Source of the DNA: Promethearchaeota archaeon
GTDB lineage: Archaea > Asgardarchaeota > Lokiarchaeia > Sigyniarchaeales > SOKP01
Length of the DNA: 64,000 nucleotides
Assembly (NCBI GenBank): GCA_016839555.1
Contig: JAEOUA010000006.1
Location: 1 to 64,000 of the forward strand
Reading direction: 5' to 3'
Below the pieces are notes generated by a model. The model was not told the DNA's origin and searched no databases. It saw only the letters and a program-made list of their open reading frames with translations. Shown piece after piece: positions 28,757-38,351 of the stretch; the first letter of the stretch is position 1, and each line of letters begins with the position of its first letter. Position numbers and translations under genes: made by a program.

Positions 28757-29734
28757 TTAAATTCTTAATTTTTTAATTTGAGGAGTATCTAAGATCCTCA
28801 CCTCGAAGCGACAGTGGTCAGATCCCATAGCGTAGCAATCAATCTCTTCTACTGAAATTGGTTGGTTTAGTTTTTTAGTCATAATTTCCGTTAGAATTCC
28901 TTCATCAAATTTACACACAGGTTGACCAATATTGGGCATGTGAGAACATTCAAAGCATTCGTAGACGTTGAAAAAGAGCTTTTTATTTGACTCAAATTGA
29001 ACTTCATCAATTTCTCCAAGTAAATTTCTTTGCCAAAAATCAGCTAATTGGTTTAAGAGTTTATTTAAATCACCCCCTATAAAGAGCGGATGAAGCGTAT
29101 CACCAATATTTACTCCAATATCATAAAGAAGAGCTGCGCCTTCGGGTATTCTGGAATCAATCGAAGTTATAAATGTTTTGAGAATAGTTTTATCTATTTT
29201 ATCGATTGGGATTTCGGAATAATTGTCAACTTTTTCAAGTCCCGTAGTAGGAATTCTTTTAATAAAATTTATTTGGCTAAATTTATTTTTTAGAGAATTA
29301 TATACATCCTTCAGTATTTTTTCAAGAATACCATATTGAATTTTATATTTATTTATTTTTTTTTCTTTTTTCCGAGGACTATAAAAAGCATAATAAATTT
29401 CCGGATAATCTTTTAATTTTTGTTCAAAATTCTGAAAAATATATTCGAGAAATAACGTGTTTATTCCATAAGGTAATATACCTGTTAATAATATCTGCTC
29501 TATATTCCCTCGTGCCAATTTTGAGGGGAATTCTATAAATTTATTTACAAATATCCCTTTTATTTTTCTCTGTATTTCTAATTCAAAAAAAGAATCTGGA
29601 AGGTCAAGGTTCATTAAATTGGTAAGTATTTCCTCCAATATTGAAGGGATTTTTTTGGGAATAGAATGAAATATTCTGGGGCCTTCAATTTGATCGAAAT
29701 AAGTTAAAATCAAATAAATTTGAGAGATTCTCAT
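28757..29734 (-). CDS. uDENN/NPR2-like longin domain fused to a C-terminal V4R domain
   Basis: N-terminal LILTYFDQIEGPRIFHSIP..ARGNIEQILL; C-terminal VYECFEC..PVCKFDEGIL..EEIDCYAMGSDHCRFEV. Confidence 0.75.
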   Translation of the reverse strand: MRISQIYLILTYFDQIEGPRIFHSIPKKIPSILEEILTNLMNLDLPDSFFELEIQRKIKGIFVNKFIEFPSKLARGNIEQILLTGILPYGINTLFLEYIFQNFEQKLKDYPEIYYAFYSPRKKEKKINKYKIQYGILEKILKDVYNSLKNKFSQINFIKRIPTTGLEKVDNYSEIPIDKIDKTILKTFITSIDSRIPEGAALLYDIGVNIGDTLHPLFIGGDLNKLLNQLADFWQRNLLGEIDEVQFESNKKLFFNVYECFECSHMPNIGQPVCKFDEGILTEIMTKKLNQPISVEEIDCYAMGSDHCRFEVRILDTPQIKKLRI

Positions 29735-29893
29735 AGTTTAGTATAATTAAAACATATTTTTAATAAAACTTCTTTCTTATTATAGTAAACATAGGAAAAA
29801 AATAAATTTAGCTTAAATAACATTTTACAACTTGCTTTAAAATGCGCTCTAATAAATCTAAATAATAAATATTTCAAATAATAGATCATAGAA

Positions 29894-30877
29894 ATGACCA
29901 CTAAATGGACAGATATATTAAAATATGATCCTATCGAGCGTTTAAAGAAAATAGATGATATTTTAATACAATACCACATTCAAAAATATTTACTTGAAAA
30001 AAATATTGGCTCTCCTCATACATTATGGAATCATAAGATTGCAAAAAGTATCTTAAAAAATCAACAGGAAAATGGATCTTGGCCAGATAAAAAGAAAAAT
30101 GCTCATAAAAATATTCCAACGGATTATGAGTTATTAGAAACTTATCGATATGTAGGACAGCTTATTGAGTTTTTTAAATTCGATAAATCCCATCCTTCCA
30201 TGCAAAAGGCAGTAGAATTTATATTTTCAACCCAAACTGAAGAGGGAGATTTTCGTGGTATTTATGGAAATCAATATTCTCCAAATTACAGTTCTGCTAT
30301 CTTAGAATTACTCTGTAAGCTAGGATATTTAGACGATAAGCGTATTCATCGCTCATTTGAATGGCTCCTTTCAATAGAGCAAGAAGAGGGAGGCTGGGTC
30401 TTACCAATGGAAAGGCCGCAAGTAAAAAGAAGAGCAATTGAATTATATAATGAGAAACCCATTATCGCAGAAAAATCTCTACTGTTTTCACATTGGGTCA
30501 CGGGAATTGTTATTAGAGCCTTTGCGCAGCATCCTAGATATCGAAATCATCCTTCTGCATTGAGAGCTGGGAAGCTTCTTGCGTCGCGATTTTTTCAAAA
30601 AGATAAGTATTCATCAAGAAGTGCGCCTGACTATTGGACTAAATATTCATATCCTTTTTGGTGGACAGATTTGATTTCAGTATTAGATGCATTATCTATT
30701 ATGAATTTCTCGATTAAGAATAAAGATATTGAGCACGCGCTAAACCATTTTCGCCAGTCCCAAAAGAAGGATGGCTCTTGGGATACCTATATATTAAAAA
30801 ATAAATCCTTTCCCAACCTCAAGTGGTGGATAAATTATCGAATTTGCTTAATTTTCAAAAAATTCTTTAGGATTTGA
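29894..30877 (+). CDS. prenyltransferase/squalene-oxidase (QW) repeat alpha-alpha toroid protein
   Basis: Repeats QQENGSW, QTEEGDF, EQEEGGW, QKKDGSW; YPFWWTDL. Confidence 0.8.
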   Translation: MTTKWTDILKYDPIERLKKIDDILIQYHIQKYLLEKNIGSPHTLWNHKIAKSILKNQQENGSWPDKKKNAHKNIPTDYELLETYRYVGQLIEFFKFDKSHPSMQKAVEFIFSTQTEEGDFRGIYGNQYSPNYSSAILELLCKLGYLDDKRIHRSFEWLLSIEQEEGGWVLPMERPQVKRRAIELYNEKPIIAEKSLLFSHWVTGIVIRAFAQHPRYRNHPSALRAGKLLASRFFQKDKYSSRSAPDYWTKYSYPFWWTDLISVLDALSIMNFSIKNKDIEHALNHFRQSQKKDGSWDTYILKNKSFPNLKWWINYRICLIFKKFFRI

Positions 30878-30984
30878 ATATTCTATTATAAAAATTCTTA
30901 ATATTATTTTATTTCTGTTTTATTAATCTAGATAAAAAAAAAAAGATAATTTTTTAATAATAGTCTATATAAATGATGTTTGGA

Positions 30985-31437
30985 TTAATCAATTAATTCC
31001 TTTACATCCGGTTTTTCCATATTTAAAATATTTTTAATATCTTCTTTTATTGATTCATAATATTTTTCCTTTTCCCGAATTGGTTTATTTTTTAATACCT
31101 TAAGATATTTATTGACAAACAATTCCTTAACTTCCTTTAGAAATGGAATAGCACTCTCAAATTTTTTTTGTATATCCACTTTAAAAATAAAAGTATAATC
31201 AGTTTGCTCTTCTTTCATCATATAAAATTTTTTATTACCAATATTAACTATTTTGATTTCATCATAAGTTAATCCCGCTGCAATAGATTTTAATCCCACA
31301 AGAAGATTAGATAATAAAGCTTCATTAACATTAGTCCTACCTTGTTTATAATTTTCAAAAACAATTACCGGTGTTCCTTTTTCATCAATTATGTGAATCC
31401 AATCAATAAAATCCATATTCAGTACAATTTTATCCAT
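30985..31437 (-). CDS. stand-alone longin/roadblock-like protein
   Basis: WIHIIDEKGTPVI, LLSNLLVGLKSIA, strands IKIVNIG/KFYMMK/YTFIFK, helix ending LFVNKY; overlaps the GTPase stop. Confidence 0.75.
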   Translation of the reverse strand: MDKIVLNMDFIDWIHIIDEKGTPVIVFENYKQGRTNVNEALLSNLLVGLKSIAAGLTYDEIKIVNIGNKKFYMMKEEQTDYTFIFKVDIQKKFESAIPFLKEVKELFVNKYLKVLKNKPIREKEKYYESIKEDIKNILNMEKPDVKELID

Positions 31438-31987
31438 TTGTCATTATCATATCTTTTTCAAATACAGAATATATCGTGGTTTTAAATATCTTGTAAGAAA
31501 ATTGGGCAGGGATTATTTTCACTATTTTATCAATTAATTTTCTTTTTACTATTTCATCAATATTTTTAAATTGTTCTTTTTCTCGTATATTAGGGTCAAA
31601 TTTATGCAAGAAGATACATAGCTCTATTTTTTGAATATTATCTTTAATTAAATGGACAATATCCTTAAAATAATTTAATGCGGAATCATAACGATCAATA
31701 TCTTGAACATCAAAAACAAATATAATTTCATTTGTTTTAGTCAAGTATCGATTAAAATTTTCAATATATTCTTTTATATATTGTTTTTGCCCTCCAAAGT
31801 CCCAGACATTTAACTTAATCTCATCGGTATCGAAATTTTTAATACTTATTCCTTTAGTAGGTCTTAAGGAACAATAGGACAATATATTACTTTGTTTACT
31901 CATACTAACTAGTATAGATGTCTTTCCACTATTATCTAGACCCAATATTAATATTTTATACTTTCCAGATCGTTTCATTATTTCCAT
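31430..31987 (-). CDS. small GTPase, Asgard Rag/Gtr-Arf-like
   Basis: G1 GLDNSGKTS, G2 PTKG, G3 WDFGGQ, G4 HKFD, G5 TTIY; HKxD and T(S/T)I are Rag-type. Confidence 0.9.
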   Translation of the reverse strand: MEIMKRSGKYKILILGLDNSGKTSILVSMSKQSNILSYCSLRPTKGISIKNFDTDEIKLNVWDFGGQKQYIKEYIENFNRYLTKTNEIIFVFDVQDIDRYDSALNYFKDIVHLIKDNIQKIELCIFLHKFDPNIREKEQFKNIDEIVKRKLIDKIVKIIPAQFSYKIFKTTIYSVFEKDMIMTNG

Positions 31988-32020
31988 GATTAAATGCCTT
32001 TGTTTTAATTTATTTTTACA

Positions 32021-34378
32021 TTATGATATTTTAGATTCCAATTCAATTGGTTGGAGAATATCTTTTTCTATTAAATTAAAAATGGCTTCAATTTGTTCCG
32101 GTCTAATTTTCTCTTCAGTAAACAAAAAGGATACGAAAAAATAATCTAAATTATTTTGTTTCATAAATCTATTTGCTGAATTAATGATATCCCTTTCAGT
32201 TGAACTAAGTTTTATATCTTCTGGTTCGCTTATTCGAAGTGGAAAGATGAATGCTGTTTTTAAATGTTTTTGTATTACATCATGTAGTCCGACAAATGCT
32301 CTTGTGTCATAAGAATATTTTTCAATTTTTTCTCCATATTTCTCTCCTATTTCATACGATAATTCATTAAGGTTTTTATAAAATTCTTCTGAGGGTTTAT
32401 CACTCATAATAAAAATTAAGCGGAAATTCTTATATTCGGACATAATTACAATTGAATCCTTGTATTCTAATGAAATAGTTTGGGTTTGGTGGCTAGCACC
32501 GGTGAGTTCAATCCCAAAGGAGCGTATAGCGTCTAAAAATCCCGATACTAAGGTGGCATCAACCGCTCTCCCACTATAATGCTCTTCATACACGTTTAAT
32601 CCTGATTCTTTAGAAATCACTATAACATCTTGAAGATTGAGGATATCATATGCTCTATTTTGTTGCTTTTTTCGATAAAGTTCAAGATTTTTTCTGATCT
32701 TGCGAATAACACTGTATGATACAACACTAATTCCAGCTACGCCACTGATAGTGATAAATATAATTGTAAGCAAAAGGGGATCAATCCCTGTAGTGGTAGA
32801 TTCAGGAGGTAAGAAAGTAATACCAGAAACCCCACCACTTATTTGAAAAGCTTGAGTTTGCATTCCCGCATCAGTCTCATTATTCCAAAATACATAGGTA
32901 GTCCACTCCCCATTTCGAGAATTAGTTGGGAGATTATATTGAAATAAGATATCTGATCCAGAGCTTTCATTTGTTTGCGTATGAAATATTATTCCAATTG
33001 GATCAACTAGAATGATGTTACAATTTCCTCCCGGAGGGGGCTTTTCCACAAAAAACCCAAGAAGCTCCCCAGCTTTATATGAAGTTTTACCTTCTGTGTT
33101 GATTGTTAAATTGTATCTTATTGATGTAGCCTCAATTTTCCAAACACTATCATAAAGGATGGTGCTGTTATTAATATATAATGAACCTCCATCATAAGTA
33201 ATACCTGAATCAGAAGTAACATTATCGCCACCTCTAAAAATATTCCTAATATTCCAATGATCTGGGTAATCATAAATTACGGTATAGTTATATCCAAACC
33301 TATCAAGGAATGGATTTAATATCCAAAGATTATCTTGATTTTTTTTAATATAAACAGAACCCACTGAAGTTAAGGTGTGATTTAATTTAATATGATAACT
33401 CACATTAAAAATTAAAGCATCTGAAACGTTATTTTTAATAGGAATAGACCAATTAGAGGTATTTGGGAATAAAGTATAATTGAATGAAATACTTAGATTT
33501 CCAGTACCACTCTTAGATTTATTTAGGATAGGATAATCATTTCCATTAATTTTAGCGGTCATATTTATTTCTAAGGGATAAAAGGTTTCATTTACTCTCT
33601 GAATTAATTTATAAAGAAAAGGTTCACCAGATTTTCCCGATAGCCATTCCCCATTATAAATAGATCTATTTAAATCAGGATATTTGGGATTTTCAGTACA
33701 AGTAGACCAGTAATATTCGGATTTTGGACTCCCTCCAATTGCATCCCCATTAATAATTATAGAATATTTCCCTCTTGAGAGATTTAAGGTGGGATTAAAT
33801 TTCTGCAAATGCCATCCTTCACCAACTGATTTTGTCATATTCAGAGGATTATCGTGAAAAATAGTTCCATTTGGACATCCCTTAATCTCATCATAATACC
33901 CAATTTGGAATCTTATATCTTTATCTTCGGTTGATGAATTTCGTCCATAGATATATATACCATAAATAATCGTTTTAGCATTAATATTCATCTGAACTGC
34001 CAATCTATCATAACCACTGAATTTTGATATTTCTTCTTCATCTATGGGATTATCTTCAATAACCTTAGTTTCATTTATAAAGGTCATATTAGTTATTTCT
34101 AATTCTAATTGTGAAACATTCCATCGTGAAGTATTCAAATCTATATCAACGGAGCTAACATTTTGCATAGTTCCATTATTTTCAGCAATTTCAAGTATCT
34201 GAAAGCTTTGAGTAATATTAAGAGCCTCATTGCTATATAGAATATCAGAGGATTGTGGATCATTAAACGCAGCTTGAATATCGGCATTGGAGCTCATATT
34301 CTGATTTAAAGAAAGACTTAGCATGAAAAGAATGAAAAATCCTACCAAAATATAATATTTTTTCTTAATTTCAATCAC
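32021..34378 (-). CDS. single-pass membrane protein: signal peptide, beta-rich ectodomain, TM, cytoplasmic longin-like domain and winged-helix-like tail
   Basis: Hydrophobic N-terminus, many N-x-S/T sequons, TM LLLTIIFITISGVAGISVVSY followed by RKIRK. Then VIVISKESGLNVY..DATLVSGFLDAIRSFGIEL..LEYKD..FRLIFIM, ending IEAIFNLIEKDILQP. Confidence 0.8.
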   Translation of the reverse strand: MIEIKKKYYILVGFFILFMLSLSLNQNMSSNADIQAAFNDPQSSDILYSNEALNITQSFQILEIAENNGTMQNVSSVDIDLNTSRWNVSQLELEITNMTFINETKVIEDNPIDEEEISKFSGYDRLAVQMNINAKTIIYGIYIYGRNSSTEDKDIRFQIGYYDEIKGCPNGTIFHDNPLNMTKSVGEGWHLQKFNPTLNLSRGKYSIIINGDAIGGSPKSEYYWSTCTENPKYPDLNRSIYNGEWLSGKSGEPFLYKLIQRVNETFYPLEINMTAKINGNDYPILNKSKSGTGNLSISFNYTLFPNTSNWSIPIKNNVSDALIFNVSYHIKLNHTLTSVGSVYIKKNQDNLWILNPFLDRFGYNYTVIYDYPDHWNIRNIFRGGDNVTSDSGITYDGGSLYINNSTILYDSVWKIEATSIRYNLTINTEGKTSYKAGELLGFFVEKPPPGGNCNIILVDPIGIIFHTQTNESSGSDILFQYNLPTNSRNGEWTTYVFWNNETDAGMQTQAFQISGGVSGITFLPPESTTTGIDPLLLTIIFITISGVAGISVVSYSVIRKIRKNLELYRKKQQNRAYDILNLQDVIVISKESGLNVYEEHYSGRAVDATLVSGFLDAIRSFGIELTGASHQTQTISLEYKDSIVIMSEYKNFRLIFIMSDKPSEEFYKNLNELSYEIGEKYGEKIEKYSYDTRAFVGLHDVIQKHLKTAFIFPLRISEPEDIKLSSTERDIINSANRFMKQNNLDYFFVSFLFTEEKIRPEQIEAIFNLIEKDILQPIELESKIS

Positions 34379-34669
34379 GACTTTATGTGTATTGAAATAA
34401 ACCTAATATCTCAAAAGCTATATTCTTAATATAAGATATAATATTCAATAGGTTATTTAAAATTTTTTTTTATATTTATTAATATAAAATACAAAATAGA
34501 TATGGATTGTAGTATTTCTGATTTAATAGTAATTATTATTTGTTTGAAATAAATTTAAAAAAAATCTAAAATAAAATTCTTAAGAGATTTCTCAATGATT
34601 AAAAATTTTTTTTCGAAGTGAAATTTTAGATGAGTTTTATTTTTTAAACTATTTATAAGGCTTTGATAT

Positions 34670-37168
34670 TTAATTAATTAGATATTGGGCTGTTTTGGAA
34701 TTCGAATTGCTTTTAACTTCGGTAAGACTGCCAGTAGCGATCACTTTTCCTCCTTTAGGTCCTCCCTCAGGTCCTAATTCAATGAGATAATCACAATAAG
34801 AAAGAATCTCGGGGTCGTGTTCAATGATAATGACGCTGTTTCCCTCTTGAACTAGTCTTTGCAATAAATCCATTAATTTAACGGCATCATAAAAGGATAA
34901 TCCCACCGTGGGTTCATCTAAAATATAGAGGGAATGACCGCTTTTACTCTTCCCTAATTCTTTAGCTAGCTTAATTCTTTGTGCTTCCCCCCCACTCAAA
35001 GTAGGAGATGGTTGTCCTAGGGTGATATATCCTAACCCGATACCATCTAAGACTTTCAGCATCCTCATAATACCATTATTAGATTTAAAATATTCTAATG
35101 CTTCTGTGATTGTCATATTTAATACATCAGCGATGGACTTTCCATGGTGTTTTATTTCTAAGATTTCTGATTGGTATCGTGTTCCTTTGCATTTTCGACA
35201 AGGAATGGTATAACCGCTGAGAAAAGATATTTGTAAATCCTGCACTCCTTGCCCTTTACAAGCGGGGCATCTTCCCGAGCTTGAGTTATAAGAAAAATGT
35301 CCTGCTGTATAGCCGCGTTTTTTTGATTGTTCAAGATTAGCAAAAACTTTTCGAATTTTGCCCCATATTTTTGTATAGGAACATGGAGTAGATGTTCTTA
35401 CTCGAGCGATGGGTTTTTGATTAACTACTACAAAATTATCAAGATTTTCATAACCTTCAATAGTTCCCGAATAGTCTGATAACCATTCTTCATCATCTTC
35501 TTCATTATTTGATTTCATAGCTCTTCTTTTTTTAATTCCTCTCCTAAAATGAGGTTTTAATAAAGGAACCAGAGTATCTAATATGAGGGAGCTTTTTCCA
35601 GATCCGGACACTCCCGCAAATCCAATCATCATTCCTAAAGGGATTTTAACATTTAGATTTTTAAGATTATGGGTGTTTACATTTTTTAGGGTAAGAAACT
35701 TAGTATTCTCAGAAATAGTCTTTTGTTGCTCTGTGAGCTTTTTAGGTAATTTTATTTTACCCGCTAAAAATTGACCTGTATAGGAGATTTCTTTTTGTTT
35801 AATTCCATCAATATTCCCTTGATATACAATCTCTCCCCCATAGATCCCAGGTCCAGGGCCAAGGTCAATTATTTCATCTGCGATCTCCATGAATCGTTTG
35901 TCATGCTCTACAATGATTACGGAATTTCCCAAGTCTTTTAATTTTATTAATGTATCGATTAATGCTTCTTTTTCACTTTCATGTAAACTCATACTCGGTT
36001 CATCCAATATGTAAACCAATGAGTCTAATCCAGCATCCAAATGGGTCATAAGTGTTAATCTTTGGAGCTCCCCACCACTTAATGTGGGCATAGGGCGGTT
36101 TATATGTAAATAAGAGAGTCCAACTTTTCTCAACGCTTCTAACCCTTCTAATATTTCATTAAGTATTGATTTTCCTTGGGGGCTTTTGATAAAAGTATCA
36201 TTAAACTCATGTAAAGTTTTAATTAAATCTTCAATAGTCATCATCGCTAATTCTCCGATATGCTTTCCTCCAATCTTTACCTCTCGGGCTTGTTCATTGA
36301 TTCGAAATCCTTCGCATTTCTCACATAAACGGGATGACATATAATTTTTTAATATTTTCTTCCTTCGATATTCACTGGTACTTTCAGACATAGCCCTTTC
36401 CAAATGTGGAATTATTCCTTCAAATTCTCTTTCTAATTCTCCTGTAAAGCTTTTTGAATTCCATTGAAAAGATAATTTTTTTCCGCTTCCGTAAAGAAAC
36501 ACTTCCTTCACTTTTTCTGGCAGATCTTTATAGGGAGTGTCAATATCAAATTCATAGAAGCTTGGAAGTTGCTCCACAAATCGAATTTGGTCAGCAAAAC
36601 AACCAGATCCCGCTTCAGTAATTTCTATTAAATTTCTATTATAATCTTGAACTATAAGATCCTCCGTAAAATGTGTGGTATGTCCCCGTCCTTTACATTC
36701 TAAGCACATTCCAGAGGGTTCATTGAAAGAAAAATGTTTTATTTGGAGACGATCCACCTTCATGCCACACTGCTCGCATTCTAATGTTATTTGATTCACG
36801 GGTTCTTTGCAAATCGGGCATACTAATATACCTTCAGCAGCATATAACATTCTTAACATATTATATAGCCTCGTCCTGGTTCCCACTGTAGAACGAGGAT
36901 TCGATATTTTAGTAGTGCGTTGCTCTATTGCCACCGTTGGACTTAAACCATCTATCCGATCAAAAGGTTTTTCTCCTTCAAATTTGGGGGGAAATCCGAT
37001 TGATTGTAAATAGCGATTCATTCCTTCATCAAATATAATATCAAATGCCAAGCTTGATTTTCCACTTCCACTTACTCCTGTAATTACAATTATTTTACCT
37101 TTTGGAATTTCTACGCTGACGTCTTTTAAATTATGAAGTCTTGCTCCAACAACTTTTATTTTATCCAT
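34670..37168 (-). CDS. uvrA: UvrA-family ABC ATPase lacking the UvrB-binding insert (class II/UvrA2-like)
   Basis: GARLHNLK, two GVSGSGKSSL Walker A motifs, LSGGE signatures, ILDEP, zinc fingers. Only ~10 aa separate CPIC and CEQC; 832 aa. Confidence 0.88.
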   Translation of the reverse strand: MDKIKVVGARLHNLKDVSVEIPKGKIIVITGVSGSGKSSLAFDIIFDEGMNRYLQSIGFPPKFEGEKPFDRIDGLSPTVAIEQRTTKISNPRSTVGTRTRLYNMLRMLYAAEGILVCPICKEPVNQITLECEQCGMKVDRLQIKHFSFNEPSGMCLECKGRGHTTHFTEDLIVQDYNRNLIEITEAGSGCFADQIRFVEQLPSFYEFDIDTPYKDLPEKVKEVFLYGSGKKLSFQWNSKSFTGELEREFEGIIPHLERAMSESTSEYRRKKILKNYMSSRLCEKCEGFRINEQAREVKIGGKHIGELAMMTIEDLIKTLHEFNDTFIKSPQGKSILNEILEGLEALRKVGLSYLHINRPMPTLSGGELQRLTLMTHLDAGLDSLVYILDEPSMSLHESEKEALIDTLIKLKDLGNSVIIVEHDKRFMEIADEIIDLGPGPGIYGGEIVYQGNIDGIKQKEISYTGQFLAGKIKLPKKLTEQQKTISENTKFLTLKNVNTHNLKNLNVKIPLGMMIGFAGVSGSGKSSLILDTLVPLLKPHFRRGIKKRRAMKSNNEEDDEEWLSDYSGTIEGYENLDNFVVVNQKPIARVRTSTPCSYTKIWGKIRKVFANLEQSKKRGYTAGHFSYNSSSGRCPACKGQGVQDLQISFLSGYTIPCRKCKGTRYQSEILEIKHHGKSIADVLNMTITEALEYFKSNNGIMRMLKVLDGIGLGYITLGQPSPTLSGGEAQRIKLAKELGKSKSGHSLYILDEPTVGLSFYDAVKLMDLLQRLVQEGNSVIIIEHDPEILSYCDYLIELGPEGGPKGGKVIATGSLTEVKSNSNSKTAQYLIN

Positions 37169-37215
37169 TTCTTAATCCTTTTAATTATTTCTTTTTTTAA
37201 AAATATTTTATAATT

Positions 37216-37884
37216 TTAACTTTTTTGTAATATGTAAAAGGCAGTATTAAAGTTTTTTGGATTAGATTTAACCATATTAATTTCTTTTTTATATCTGCTT
37301 ATTTCCTTTCTCAAATTTTTATTTAAATTCATTTGACTTAATTCTTTAATCCTAAGTTCCAATGGATTGTAGAATTCATTCCACCATGCGTTATCTGGTA
37401 ACTGAAACCAATCATATAATATAAAGCCAAAGGATGATAAATGATTGATATAATCTTGAATCCCCTTAATTGTTTCATGTAAAACTAAAAACCCTCCTTT
37501 TTTGAGGATTTTATGACACGCTTTAAAACCTCTTTTAAAGCCTATTATATGAATAACTCCTTCCGCCCAAATAATATCGAAAGTTAGCGGTTCAAATTTG
37601 TAGTTTAATAGAGAACCCTGAATTATTTTAATTCTATTTTCTAAACCATACTCAATAATCTTATTTTCTAATTTTCTAAGATCTTTAGAGTTAATATCCA
37701 TTGCATTAATATATCCATTGGTTAATTTTGCTAATTCAATAGTCGGAACACCTGTACCACATCCAATATCTAGAATTTGAGGGTTATATAGTTTTGGAAG
37801 CAAGTGAAATGCCTTTTGTGTATATTTAAGAAAAATTTCACGAAACTCATCTATATTCAGATTTGCTTTATTTTGATCTCTCAT
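37216..37884 (-). CDS. class I SAM-dependent methyltransferase
   Basis: ILDIGCGTG, FDIIWAEG, LKKGGFL. Confidence 0.9.
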   Translation of the reverse strand: MRDQNKANLNIDEFREIFLKYTQKAFHLLPKLYNPQILDIGCGTGVPTIELAKLTNGYINAMDINSKDLRKLENKIIEYGLENRIKIIQGSLLNYKFEPLTFDIIWAEGVIHIIGFKRGFKACHKILKKGGFLVLHETIKGIQDYINHLSSFGFILYDWFQLPDNAWWNEFYNPLELRIKELSQMNLNKNLRKEISRYKKEINMVKSNPKNFNTAFYILQKS

Positions 37885-37898
37885 TTCTCAACCTTTTT

Positions 37899-38345
37899 TT
37901 AATCCATTAATTCGGGATTATAGCTTTTATTACATTTAATACATTTATAATTATAGAATACAATAGGTCCTCCACAAGTATCGCATTTCCACTTATTTTT
38001 TTGAGCTTTAATCCATTGATCATATCCCACTATATTGATATTCTCAACATTATTTGGGATTTCATGTCTGTAGGTAAATTTAATATCATTTGGATGGGAA
38101 TCAAGTAATTTATTTGAAATTTTATCACAGGGAAATTCAGAACATTCACCGCAATATAATAATTTCTTTTCATTTCTACAACAAATTCTTATCTTACAAC
38201 TCCATTTTGAGGTTCTTTTTTGATTTTTATTTTCACTCCTACATCCTAAACATGTTCCTAAATGATAAGAAGGACATGCTCTGCAATATAATCCACAATA
38301 ACTTAATAAATCTAAATTTCTCCTTTCTATTTTACCCACCCACAT
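37899..38345 (-). CDS. DUF3795 Cys-rich protein
   Basis: YCGLYCRACP..CLGC..CKIRICC..CGECSEFPC..WKCDTCG..CIKC. Confidence 0.85.
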   Translation of the reverse strand: MWVGKIERRNLDLLSYCGLYCRACPSYHLGTCLGCRSENKNQKRTSKWSCKIRICCRNEKKLLYCGECSEFPCDKISNKLLDSHPNDIKFTYRHEIPNNVENINIVGYDQWIKAQKNKWKCDTCGGPIVFYNYKCIKCNKSYNPELMD

Positions 38346-38351
38346 TTTTAT

